Source: an uncultured Desulfarculus sp.
GTDB lineage: Bacteria > Desulfobacterota > Desulfarculia > Desulfarculales > Desulfarculaceae
NCBI GenBank assembly: GCA_963665125.2
Contig: CAXXUK010000001.1
Location: forward strand, 1,888,001 to 1,952,000
Length of the DNA: 64,000 bases
Reading direction: 5' to 3'
In this document: in pieces, positions 28,598-37,943 of the stretch
How positions within the stretch are numbered: position 1 is the first letter of the stretch
How the letters are laid out: each line of letters starts with the position of its first letter
The notes under the pieces: model-generated
The model's database searches: none
Seen by the model: the letters and a program-made list of their open reading frames with translations, nothing else
What the model was told of the DNA's origin: nothing
Made by a program: the position numbers and the translations under genes

Positions 28598-29920
28598 ATG
28601 TCCCAAGCATTGACCCCGGCGGCCCTGCCACCGGAAGTAAAGGAAAAGCTCTCCAACCTCAACCTGTGCCTGACCTGCGGCACGTGCAGCGCGGGCTGCC
28701 CCATCACCGGCAACCCGTCCGAGGACATGCAAGGCTTGGATATACGCAAGGTTTTCCGCATGCTTGCCTACGGCATGCTCGACGAGGTGGTCAACAGCCG
28801 CTTCCCCTGGCTCTGCACCGGTTGCGGCCGCTGCGCGGCGGCCTGCCCCATGGACCTGGACACCCCGGCGATCATGGGTTTCATGAAGCACCTGCGTCCC
28901 AGGGACAAGGTGCCCGGCATCCTGCACAAGGGCGTTGAGCAAGTCCTGAACACGGGCAACAACATGGGGATCCCCCGGGACGACTACTTGTTTACAATGG
29001 CCGATATGGGTGTGGAAATGGCCGAGGAGTGCTGCCCCGGCTTCTATGTGCCCGTGGACAAGCAGGACGCCTCCGTCTTTTTCTTCCCCAACTCCAAGGA
29101 AGTCTTCGGCGATTTTGAGGACATGAAATGGTGGTGGAAGATTTTCTACGCCGCCAGGGAAAACTGGACCATCCCCAGTGAAAACTGGGAGGCCGTGGAC
29201 TGGGGTCTTTTCACCGGCAACTACGAGGCCACAGCCATCCTGGCCCAGCGCAAGATAGACATGATGAAGCAGTTCAACATCGACCGGATGATCATGCCCG
29301 ACTGCGGTGGCGGGTCATACGGCTGCCGCATGGGCATGAAGACCTGCGCCATCGGCAACCCGGACAACAAGGTCAACTGGATCTACCTTTACGACTACCT
29401 CAAAGAGGTTATCCAGCAGGGCCGCATCAAGCTGGACAAGAGCGTCAACGAAGGCAAGATTTTCACCTGGCACGACTCATGTAAGCACGGACGGGAGCTT
29501 CAGCGCCATTACGATCACGGCTATTTCGAGGAACCGCGCTGGATCATCCAGCAGTGCGTGGACCAGTTCGTGGACATGGAGCCCAGCAACATGAACAATT
29601 ATTGCTGCGGCGCGGGCGGCGGCAACTGGCCAATGCCCTATGAAAACGACTCCGCCTGGCATGGGCGAAAGAAGTACGAGCAGATCAAACGATCCGGGGC
29701 CAACGTGGTGGTGGTGGGCTGTTCAAACTGCCACGATCAGATAATGAAACGCCTGCCCAAGTACTACACCGATTATAAATACGAAGTGAAATACATCTGG
29801 GAATTGGTGGCCGACAGCCTGGTCATCGAGCCCTGGGCCGAAGAGGAGATCGCCACGTCCGAGGCCGAGGCGGCCGCCCAGTGGGAACGTTTGGGCGTTG
29901 ACCTGGATATGGAGTTTTAA
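28598..29920 (+). CDS. HdrD/DsrK/TmcB-related Fe-S protein (4Fe-4S dicluster + CCG domain)
   Basis: CLTCGTCSAGCP, CTGCGRCAAACP, HDSC, YCCGAGGG, CSNC; first CCG repeat degenerate (EAVDWG); TATAAT just upstream. Confidence 0.85.
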   Translation: MSQALTPAALPPEVKEKLSNLNLCLTCGTCSAGCPITGNPSEDMQGLDIRKVFRMLAYGMLDEVVNSRFPWLCTGCGRCAAACPMDLDTPAIMGFMKHLRPRDKVPGILHKGVEQVLNTGNNMGIPRDDYLFTMADMGVEMAEECCPGFYVPVDKQDASVFFFPNSKEVFGDFEDMKWWWKIFYAARENWTIPSENWEAVDWGLFTGNYEATAILAQRKIDMMKQFNIDRMIMPDCGGGSYGCRMGMKTCAIGNPDNKVNWIYLYDYLKEVIQQGRIKLDKSVNEGKIFTWHDSCKHGRELQRHYDHGYFEEPRWIIQQCVDQFVDMEPSNMNNYCCGAGGGNWPMPYENDSAWHGRKKYEQIKRSGANVVVVGCSNCHDQIMKRLPKYYTDYKYEVKYIWELVADSLVIEPWAEEEIATSEAEAAAQWERLGVDLDMEF

Positions 29921-29943
29921 CCGGTTCCTTTGACAACCGAAAT

Positions 29944-29970
29944 GGGGCGTCCCTGAAGGGGGCGCCCTTT
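29944..29970. terminator. hairpin between convergent genes
   Basis: GGGGCGTCCC-TGAA-GGGGGCGCCCTTT. Confidence 0.6.
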
Positions 29971-31135
29971 ATTTTCTCTGGCTGATGAGGCCGCCGACGG
30001 TTTGGCGGGCCAGATCCTTTTTCAGACGAAGCCGGTTGAGGTATGTCCAGGGCCAACCCGAAACCTTGGGCCGGTGATTTTCGACCACCAATGGGTCGTA
30101 CAACAAATCCAGGACATGCACGGCATCCATCCGGCGCGAGAGCGTTCCCGCGCAACCGGCGCAGTAGGTCACTACCCGCCTGCCGTCGGTTTCCCGGGCC
30201 CGCATGTCGGTCCAGACATTGGCCAGCCGGGGATTGACACAGCCCACCCCTCCGCCCTCTCCACAGCAAATCGTCTCTTTTTCACTGTGTTTGGTTTCTT
30301 GGACGCTACCACCCAATATGCCGATCAGCTCACGCACGGCCGAATGAACGGAGGTGTTGCCGCGAACGGCGCAGGGGTCATGAACGGCCGCAATCCAAAA
30401 TGCCGCCGGGCTGTAACCGGTGACGCTGCCGGCCAGTTCTTCATACACGGTTATGGTTTCCAACTCGGACGCATATTTTGCAAAGGTCGCGTGGCAGTTG
30501 GGGCAGGCCACCAGGACCCGCTCGACGCCATTGGTGCGCAACAAATCCTTCAGCGGATTGAACATGGCCTGGAAATGTCCCATGCGGCCCAGGTCTTCCG
30601 AGGGCTTGTGGCAGCAATCGAGGACCACGCCAAGGCCGGGTTCCCTGTTGCGCAGGGTTTCTATGAGCCAGCGGGTCGCTCCGGGCCGGGTGCCGGGCAA
30701 GGTGCAGCCCGGGAACAAAACACTGCGGCAGCCCTCGGGCAGATGATAAAAGCTGTACCGGGGAGAGGCCCCCTTGGCCTCGTAGGCCAGCAAACGGCGG
30801 TATGGCCGCAGATTGACCGTACCGTTATCAACGGCCTGGCGGCGCATGCCCTCGAAAAAAGCCCTTGAGTCCAGGCCCACCGGACAGACCTCGGTACACA
30901 AACCGCACATGCCGCACTCATAGGCCAGTCTGGCCGCTGCTTCTCCATTGCAGAGCCTTTGGGCTATCTCTCCAGGTGTGCCGTATTGCTGCAAAAATCC
31001 GCATTCCTTGGCACAAAGCCCACAGTTGGTGCAGGCCATGGCCAGACGTTGGGCCTGATCAATCAGCCCAGCATTATCGGATGACTCAAGCTGCGCGGCC
31101 TTTTTATCTATCTGTTGTAGGGGTTTGAAGGTCAT
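29969..31135 (-). CDS. (Fe-S)-binding oxidoreductase, CCG family
   Basis: CTNCGLCAKEC, CGMCGLCTEVCP, FPGC, CCHKP, ACPNC, HDPC, CCGEGG, YCAGC. Confidence 0.85.
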   Translation of the reverse strand: MTFKPLQQIDKKAAQLESSDNAGLIDQAQRLAMACTNCGLCAKECGFLQQYGTPGEIAQRLCNGEAAARLAYECGMCGLCTEVCPVGLDSRAFFEGMRRQAVDNGTVNLRPYRRLLAYEAKGASPRYSFYHLPEGCRSVLFPGCTLPGTRPGATRWLIETLRNREPGLGVVLDCCHKPSEDLGRMGHFQAMFNPLKDLLRTNGVERVLVACPNCHATFAKYASELETITVYEELAGSVTGYSPAAFWIAAVHDPCAVRGNTSVHSAVRELIGILGGSVQETKHSEKETICCGEGGGVGCVNPRLANVWTDMRARETDGRRVVTYCAGCAGTLSRRMDAVHVLDLLYDPLVVENHRPKVSGWPWTYLNRLRLKKDLARQTVGGLISQRK

Positions 31136-31287
31136 AGGGCAATGCTAGACCAAGGTTCACTATCCGTAAAATAGCTAATTGCCATCAACAACACCATTAT
31201 TAATCCGCAGTTACTATTGCCCTTAGCCTTTCGGCTGAAACCGGCCGTGTGTTACGCTGCTCCAAGCAATTATATATGGAGCGTAAA

Positions 31288-31656
31288 ATGGCTGATGCAA
31301 AGGTAAATGCCGTCCAAGAGGCGGTGCAACTGTATTTCGACGGACTGTACAACAACGACGTGGACAAACTGCGCAAGGCATTTCATCCCCAGGCGGAATT
31401 GGTGGGCATATACAAGGGCCATTTCGCCTGGATCAGCCTGGAGGACTTCCTGGCGCCCATAGGCAAATCCAAATCACCGGCCGAGCGCGGTGACGCCTAC
31501 AACAACCATATCGTCAGCATCGACCTCACCGGCGATGTGGCCATTGCCAAAGTGGACGACGAATACGCGGGCCAGCGTTTCACCGACTACCTGACCCTGC
31601 ACAAATTCGACGAAGGCTGGCGGATCGTCCACAAGGCCTATCACCACTACAGCTAA
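31288..31656 (+). CDS. NTF2-like (putative lumazine-binding family) protein
   Basis: YFDGLY...LRKAFHP...FTDYLTLHKFDEGWRIVHK. Confidence 0.8.
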   Translation: MADAKVNAVQEAVQLYFDGLYNNDVDKLRKAFHPQAELVGIYKGHFAWISLEDFLAPIGKSKSPAERGDAYNNHIVSIDLTGDVAIAKVDDEYAGQRFTDYLTLHKFDEGWRIVHKAYHHYS

Positions 31657-31716
31657 TAAAAGTGCCCGGAGAGGCGTGGCGCCTTTCCGGGCAAATTACC
31701 AACCATTACAGGCGGC

Positions 31717-33147
31717 CTACAGCGCGGGCCTCCGGCCGGCCCAGGGTCTGGCCTGCTCCAGTTGGGCGGCCAGGCGGAACAATGTGGCCTCGTCGCCGAA
31801 ACGGCCTACAAAGTGGCTGCCGATGGGCAGGCCCGCCTCGTTCCAATTCAGCGGTACGGTCATGGCGGGCTGGCCGGTGACGTTACAGATCGGCGTATAC
31901 GGCACGAACTCCGCGCCCTTGCCAAAGGCGGCCATGGGGTTGTCGGCTGGCGGGTCAAAGGTGCCCAGGGGCACCGGCGGCAGACCCAGGGTCGGGGTGA
32001 GGATAATATCGTAGTCCGCCATGAACGCAGCGACTTGCCGCGACATCATCTGCAGCATACTCACCGTGCTCAGATAATCTCCCGCTGAAAACTTTTTGCC
32101 GACCTCGTAGAGGGTCCAGGTCAGGGGCTCGTAATCGGCGGGGTCTGGCTTTTTGCCGCTCAACATGGAGACCAGCTCAATGGTGCTTACCAAGCCGCCG
32201 GTCCAGACCACGGTGAACCAGTTGGTCAGCTGGTCGGCGAACTTCAGGGCCGGTGTGGCCTCCTCCACATGGTGCCCCAGATCCTGGCACAGCTTGGCCG
32301 CGTCTTCCATGGCCGCCACGCAATCCGGGTGTGGCTCCACACCGGCGATGGTTTTGGCCGAAAAGGCAATGCGCAGTTTGCCGGGATTGGCGCCGACCTC
32401 GTCCAGGAAGGGACGTTTCTTGGGCGGGGCGTAATAAGGATCGCCGGGTTCGGGGCCGCTGGTGGCGTCCAGCAGCGCGGCGCTGTCGCGCACCGAGCGG
32501 GTCAGGGCGTGTTCTTCCACGAAACCGCCCATGACGTCCCCCACATACGGTCCTTTGGGGTTGCGGGCCCGGGTTGGTTTCAGGCCGAACAGACCGCAAC
32601 ATGAGGCCGGGATGCGGATGGAACCGCCGCCGTCGTTGCCGTGGGCCATGGCCACCACCCCCGCAGCCACCGCCGCGCCCGAACCGCCGCTGGAGCCGCC
32701 GGTGGTGTGCTCCAGATTCCAGGGGTTGCGGCAGGGGCCGAACAACGCTGGCTCGGTGGTGGGCATCAGCCCGAATTCGGGCAAGTTGGTACGGCCGAAA
32801 ATGGCCAATCCCGCCTGGCGGTAGCGCACGGTAAGGGTGTTGTCCTCACCGGATACGTTATCTTTGAGCGCCGCCGACCCCGCAGTCATACGCACGCCCT
32901 TGCAGGCGGCCATCAGGTCCTTGACCAAAAACGGTACGCCGTGGAAGGGGCCATCGGGCAGCCCGGCCTTTATGGACTCACGGGCCAGGTCATACATCGG
33001 AGTGACTATGGCGTTGATTTTCGGGTTTACCTCCTCGGCCCTGGCAATGGCCGCTTCCAGGAGTTCGGCGGGGGTCACCTCGCCCTTTTTGATCAATTCG
33101 GCCTGGGCCGTTGCGTCCAACCACAGCACATCCCCGATGTTCCCCAT
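31717..33147 (-). CDS. amidase (amidase-signature family)
   Basis: [33 protein letters not shown] (Ser-cisSer-Lys triad). Confidence 0.93.
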   Translation of the reverse strand: MGNIGDVLWLDATAQAELIKKGEVTPAELLEAAIARAEEVNPKINAIVTPMYDLARESIKAGLPDGPFHGVPFLVKDLMAACKGVRMTAGSAALKDNVSGEDNTLTVRYRQAGLAIFGRTNLPEFGLMPTTEPALFGPCRNPWNLEHTTGGSSGGSGAAVAAGVVAMAHGNDGGGSIRIPASCCGLFGLKPTRARNPKGPYVGDVMGGFVEEHALTRSVRDSAALLDATSGPEPGDPYYAPPKKRPFLDEVGANPGKLRIAFSAKTIAGVEPHPDCVAAMEDAAKLCQDLGHHVEEATPALKFADQLTNWFTVVWTGGLVSTIELVSMLSGKKPDPADYEPLTWTLYEVGKKFSAGDYLSTVSMLQMMSRQVAAFMADYDIILTPTLGLPPVPLGTFDPPADNPMAAFGKGAEFVPYTPICNVTGQPAMTVPLNWNEAGLPIGSHFVGRFGDEATLFRLAAQLEQARPWAGRRPAL

Positions 33148-33189
33148 ATCACCCTCCATGTTCTGAAAATTATGACAAGCCATTGTCGC

Positions 33190-33222
33190 AAAAGGCCGGG
33201 CGGCGCGTCAACACGCCGCCCG
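33190..33222 (-). terminator. intrinsic terminator ending the acyl-CoA operon
   Basis: CGGGCGGCG-N8-CGCCGCCCG followed on the minus strand by GCCTTTT. Confidence 0.6.
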
Positions 33223-33236
33223 ACCCAGGATCAGGC

Positions 33237-33992
33237 TTATTTTTTCAGGCTGGCCAACAGGGCGTCGACCCGCTTGTGGTTGTCCTCGGCCCCGATATAG
33301 GTGCGGAACAGCCACTCCTGGACCTTCATGGCGCTGTCCAGGTCGTGGTTGACGATGGTTTGGCCCAGGCGCTTGGTTTCGGCCAGGCAGGTGCGGTCGT
33401 AGGAGGCCATGGTCTTGGCGATCTCGGCCACGCCGGTCAATAGCTCGCCCTCTGGGAAGACCTTGCTCACGTAACCCATGGCCATGGCCTCTTCCGCGCC
33501 GTAGATGCGCCCGGTCAAGGCCACTTCCATGGCCCGGCCCATGCCGATGATCCGCCACAGGGGGTCCATGATCGGCGTAAGTGACAGGGCGATCTCCCGC
33601 TGGCCGAACTTGGCCTTGGTCGAGGCGTAGCGGATGTCGCACATCAGGCTCAGGTCGAAACCACCGGCGATGGCCGGGCCGCCCACGGCGGCGATGACCG
33701 GTTGGGGGCAGAACATGATGGCCCGGTAGGCCCGGTGGAACAGGGCCGTGAACTCCTCGTTGTCCACTTTTTCCAGGGTGCGGATGAAGTTGAGGTCAAA
33801 CCCGGCGCTGAAATATTTCTCGCCGCCGGTTAGGACCAGCACGTTGATGTCCGGGTCGTCGCCCAGGGCCTCGAAGGCCTCGGCCACCTCTTCCAGAACC
33901 TCGGGGGCCAGGGCGTTGCGTTTGTCGGGCCGGTGGATCGTGACCGTGGCCACGGCGTCGGTTTCATCAATCTGTAAAAATTCAAATTCCAT
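33237..33992 (-). CDS. enoyl-CoA hydratase/isomerase family protein
   Basis: HRPDKRNAL, FSAGFDL, AIAGGFDLSLMCDIRYA, KFGQREI; start at ATG 33992 after AAGGAG. Confidence 0.85.
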   Translation of the reverse strand: MEFEFLQIDETDAVATVTIHRPDKRNALAPEVLEEVAEAFEALGDDPDINVLVLTGGEKYFSAGFDLNFIRTLEKVDNEEFTALFHRAYRAIMFCPQPVIAAVGGPAIAGGFDLSLMCDIRYASTKAKFGQREIALSLTPIMDPLWRIIGMGRAMEVALTGRIYGAEEAMAMGYVSKVFPEGELLTGVAEIAKTMASYDRTCLAETKRLGQTIVNHDLDSAMKVQEWLFRTYIGAEDNHKRVDALLASLKK

Positions 33993-34003
33993 GTCCACTC
34001 CCT

Positions 34004-35740
34004 TTATCCCTTGATTATGCGTGGTAAAAGCATCTGGTGCCGGGGGCAGACCGATGCCGGGTTTTGATACGCCGCCTGGGTGAAGGCGCTCATGTAGGCC
34101 CGCAACGCGCCAAGCTCGACCACCTCGTCGATCATGCCCGTCTGGGCCATGAACCAGGGCCGCGACTTGTCGTGGTAGTCGGCCACCTGGGCGTTCATCT
34201 CCTCGATGACCGGCCCCAGGGGCTGGCCTTCCTTGTGGGCCCGGGCCAGCTTGCGGCCCAGGGCCGCCACCGCCGCCGAACGCCCGCGCATCACGTAGAT
34301 TTCGCTGCACGCCGTGCCCAGGGTGAAGGCGTTATTGGCCCCTGCCGGCGGCCCGGCCATCTGGTAGTGGGGGGCCACGGTGCCCTTTCTGAGCACCACG
34401 GTCATAATCGGCAGGTCGCTCTGCTCGATGCCGTAGACCAGGGTCTGGCCCAGGCCCAGCACCTCGGCCTTTTCAGCCAGGTCACCCACGTCCAGGCCGT
34501 CGTGATCCTGGAACCAGATCATGGGCAAGCGGTCCCTGGCGCAGAGGCTGACAAACTCGGCCATCTTGATCAGGCCCTGGCGGTAGATTGTGCCGCCCTT
34601 GCCTTGGTACTCGCCCTGGGCGTATTCCGGGTAGCCTTCGGGCATGTCGCCCTGGCGATTGGCCACCACACCCACCGGCAGTCCGCTCAGCTTGACCAAG
34701 CCGCAGTAGATCTCCGGGCCGTAGCCGGGGCGGAATTCCCGGTGGGCCGAGCCGTCCACCAGCCGGGCCAGAATCTGCTCCACATCATAACCCACCGCCT
34801 GATCGAACGGCAGCAAATCGTACAATCCCTCGGCGCTCAGGGCCGGATCAGCGGGCTCGTCCACCCGGAAAAACCCCGGGTCATAGGCGGGCAGCATGGC
34901 CACCTGACGCCGCACCTCGGCCAGGACTTCCTGCTCGGTTTCGAAGACCTTGCTGAAAAATCCGGTGACGTCGTGGTGCACCGCGGCCGAACCAGGCGGA
35001 GAGGCCGAACGCACCGCCAACTCGGCGATGATGTCCAGGGCCTCGGCCTCGCTGAAGGGGCCGCTGCCGGCCATGCCCGCCAGCACCGCGCCGCCGCCCA
35101 CGCTCATGTTGGCGTCGGCCTTGGCGATGATCTTGGTGGGGCTGCAACTGGTGTAGCCGCCGCCCGCCGGATTGGTGCCGAAGACGGCAGCCACCTGGGG
35201 CAGCCCGGCCACACTGAGCCGGGCATTGCCAAAGAAAGTCGCGCCGTTGCCGCGCCTGCCGGGGTATACCCGGTGCTGCTCGGTGAGCTTGACGCCCGAG
35301 CAGTTGACCAGCCAGACCAGGGGCAGCCTCAGGCGGGCGGCGACCTCCTGGGCCCGCAGCTTTTTCTCGGCCTGCCCCGGCAGCCAGGCCCCAGCCAGGA
35401 CCTTGTTGTCGAAACCGGCCACAACGCACCAACGGCCCGAAACCTTGCCCAGGCCCCAGGCCACGCCCGTGGAGCCCTCGGGGTTTTCCTCTGGATTGTA
35501 GATGCTCATCAGCGGCAGAAAGCTGCCCGGCTCCACCACCTCGGCGATGCGTTCACCAATGGTGAGTTGACCGCGCTGGTGCAGTTTTTCGGCGGGCATG
35601 CCCGCCTCGGCAACGGCCCGGGCCATTTCGGCCACCTTGGCCTCGACCTGGCGGATGTGCTCGGCGTTGTCCTCCGCCAAGGGAGCCAGCCCTGCCCCAT
35701 CCCGGACCATTGGCGGCATCTGCTTGAAATATTGATGCAT
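34004..35740 (-). CDS. gcdA: glutaconyl-CoA decarboxylase alpha subunit-like carboxyltransferase
   Basis: YFKQMP start, LAGAWLPGQ, NCSGVK, GTNPAGGGY, YRQGLIKM, AAYQNPASVCPRHQMLLPR; adjacent to glutaryl-CoA dehydrogenase. Confidence 0.85.
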   Translation of the reverse strand: MHQYFKQMPPMVRDGAGLAPLAEDNAEHIRQVEAKVAEMARAVAEAGMPAEKLHQRGQLTIGERIAEVVEPGSFLPLMSIYNPEENPEGSTGVAWGLGKVSGRWCVVAGFDNKVLAGAWLPGQAEKKLRAQEVAARLRLPLVWLVNCSGVKLTEQHRVYPGRRGNGATFFGNARLSVAGLPQVAAVFGTNPAGGGYTSCSPTKIIAKADANMSVGGGAVLAGMAGSGPFSEAEALDIIAELAVRSASPPGSAAVHHDVTGFFSKVFETEQEVLAEVRRQVAMLPAYDPGFFRVDEPADPALSAEGLYDLLPFDQAVGYDVEQILARLVDGSAHREFRPGYGPEIYCGLVKLSGLPVGVVANRQGDMPEGYPEYAQGEYQGKGGTIYRQGLIKMAEFVSLCARDRLPMIWFQDHDGLDVGDLAEKAEVLGLGQTLVYGIEQSDLPIMTVVLRKGTVAPHYQMAGPPAGANNAFTLGTACSEIYVMRGRSAAVAALGRKLARAHKEGQPLGPVIEEMNAQVADYHDKSRPWFMAQTGMIDEVVELGALRAYMSAFTQAAYQNPASVCPRHQMLLPRIIKG

Positions 35741-35848
35741 TCGGCGATTCCTCCCCAGCCGCTAATTGCCTGGCCATATAAACAGGTGAACCGCTACCCA
35801 ACCGAAACGGCCAGGCAGCGGTATGTCGTCACAATTTTCGACCCCGGC

Positions 35849-37012
35849 TCAGCGGTTGGCCTTGCGCAGTCCCAACTCGTCCATCCCCACGATCATCTTG
35901 CAGATGTTAGCCGAGCCCTCGACCATGTAATACGTGGGCGCGTCGCGGTAGAAGCGGGCCATGGGATATTCCACGCTGTAGCCGTAGGCCCCCATGATCC
36001 GCATGCCTTCCTGGGCGCACATGGCCACGGTATCCCCGGCCTTTAGCTTGGCCATGGCCACATCGCGGCCATTGTCCAGCCTGCCCTGGTCCTTGGCCCA
36101 GGCGGCCTTGTAGACCAGCATGCGCGCCGACTCCACCTCGGTTGCCATACGGGCTATCTGCTCCTGAATCATCGGCTGCTTGGCGATGACCTTGCCGAAC
36201 TGCTCCCGCTGGTTGGCATAAGCCACGGCCTGATCCAGGCAGGCCTGGGCCAGGCCCACTCCGCCGGCGGCAGCCTGGAGCCTGGTCTGGTTCAGGCTGC
36301 TGAAAACGATTCGCGCGCCGTCGCCGGGTGAGCCCAACAGGTTTTCCTTGGGCACCCGCACGTCCTCCAGCACGATCTCGCCGGTGGGGCTGGAGTGGCT
36401 GCCCATCTTGTCCAGTTTGGTCACGTTGACGCCGGGCGCGTTCTTCAACTCCACCACGAAGGCGCTGAGCCCCTTGGAGCCGGCCTCGCGGTCTGTGTAG
36501 GCATAGAACACCACGCAGTCGGCGATATCGGCGTTGCTGATCCAGGTCTTCTGACCGTTGATCAGGTAGTGGTCGCCCATGTCCTTGGCCGTGGAGGTCA
36601 AAGCCATGACGTCGCTGCCCGCGTTGGGCTCGGTGATGGCGAAGCCGCCCAGGTACTCCGCCGAGGCCAGCTTGGCCACGTACTTGTTCTTGGCCGCCTG
36701 GGTGCCGTAACGCAGGAGGGTGTAGGCGCAGCCCAACTCCTGCATGTTCACCTGCACCCGCAGACTGCTGGACGCGGCGGCGATCTCTTCGCTGAGGATC
36801 ATCGCCGCCAGCCAGCCCATTTCGTTGCCGCCGTACTCTTCGGGGATCACCGTGGCGAAAAAGCCCAGCTCACCCATGGGCCGGATCACTTCCTCATAGG
36901 GGAAGTAGTGTTCGGCGTCCCATTTGTCGGCGAACGGGGCGATCTTTTCGGCGGCGAAATCCCGCGCCGTTTGGCGAAGCATCTGCAGGTCTTCGCTCAG
37001 TTGAAAGTCCAC
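35849..37012 (-). CDS. acd: glutaryl-CoA dehydrogenase, non-decarboxylating (glutaconyl-CoA forming)
   Basis: FPYEEVIRPMGELGFF, LRVQVNM, DGARIVFSSLNQTRL, RDAPTYYMVEGSANICKM, RKANR; closely resembles the Desulfococcus multivorans enzyme as I recall it; GTG start after GGAGG. Confidence 0.88.
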   Translation of the reverse strand: MDFQLSEDLQMLRQTARDFAAEKIAPFADKWDAEHYFPYEEVIRPMGELGFFATVIPEEYGGNEMGWLAAMILSEEIAAASSSLRVQVNMQELGCAYTLLRYGTQAAKNKYVAKLASAEYLGGFAITEPNAGSDVMALTSTAKDMGDHYLINGQKTWISNADIADCVVFYAYTDREAGSKGLSAFVVELKNAPGVNVTKLDKMGSHSSPTGEIVLEDVRVPKENLLGSPGDGARIVFSSLNQTRLQAAAGGVGLAQACLDQAVAYANQREQFGKVIAKQPMIQEQIARMATEVESARMLVYKAAWAKDQGRLDNGRDVAMAKLKAGDTVAMCAQEGMRIMGAYGYSVEYPMARFYRDAPTYYMVEGSANICKMIVGMDELGLRKANR

Positions 37013-37028
37013 TAAAAATCCTCCGGTC

Positions 37029-37811
37029 TTAACGGCACTTGTATTCGGGCGGCCTTTTTTCCAGGAAAGCCTTGGCCCCTTCCTTGGGGTCTTCATAGGC
37101 GAATAATCCGGCCCACAGGTCGCTCTCGGTCTCCATTCCGTTGGCGATGCTCAGGTCGCGGGCCCGGTTGAGGCTTTTCTTGGCGGCGGCCACGCCCAGC
37201 GGGCCGCGCCCGGCGATGCGCTCGGCCAGAGTCATCGCCGCTTCCATCACGCCGCCCTTGGGCACCACCTTTTCGATGAGCCCACAGGCCAGGGCCTCCT
37301 CGGCGCCGATCATCTCACCGCCGTAGACCAGCTCCTTGATCTTGCCGAATGGCGCGTGCTTCAGAGTGCGCACCGTGCCGCCCGCGCCGGGGAAGATCGA
37401 CAGGTTGGTTTCGGGGAAGCCGAATTTGGCCTGCTCCTCGGCATAGCGTACATCACAGCACAGGGCCAATTCCAGTCCGCCGCCCAGGCAATAGCCGTCA
37501 ATGGCCGCGATGACCGGCCAATGGAAGTTCTCGATAAAGGCGCTCCAGAAGTGGGTCATCCGGTGGCGGCGCTTGGCCTTTTCCGGGGTCAGTTCCAAAA
37601 ACGACTTAATGTCCGCTCCGGCCACGAAAGCCTTTTCGCCGCCGCCCCGCAAAATCACCGCCCGGAAGTCGTCCAGGCGGTTGTCCAACTCCACGAAAAC
37701 CTCGTGGATGGCCTCGCGGCACGGCGTGCTCAGGGCGTTCATCGGCGGGTTGTCGATGGTCACCACCGCCGCCGGGCCTTGTATTTCATAATGGCATAGT
37801 TTGTCCGCCAT
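37029..37811 (-). CDS. enoyl-CoA hydratase (crotonase family)
   Basis: NPPMNAL, AFVAGADI, GGGLELALCCD, FGFPETNL (both catalytic Glu present). Confidence 0.9.
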   Translation of the reverse strand: MADKLCHYEIQGPAAVVTIDNPPMNALSTPCREAIHEVFVELDNRLDDFRAVILRGGGEKAFVAGADIKSFLELTPEKAKRRHRMTHFWSAFIENFHWPVIAAIDGYCLGGGLELALCCDVRYAEEQAKFGFPETNLSIFPGAGGTVRTLKHAPFGKIKELVYGGEMIGAEEALACGLIEKVVPKGGVMEAAMTLAERIAGRGPLGVAAAKKSLNRARDLSIANGMETESDLWAGLFAYEDPKEGAKAFLEKRPPEYKCR

Positions 37812-37943
37812 ATTTCGCTCCATTTGCATGGTTGGCCATGTCCCCGGCCCAGCCAAGGCCTTCCCCCGCGCCCGCAGGTCATACGCGAGATTCGGCCTTG
37901 GCGGAACCGGAGTCATAAATTATTCCATCACCTATCCAGCGGC

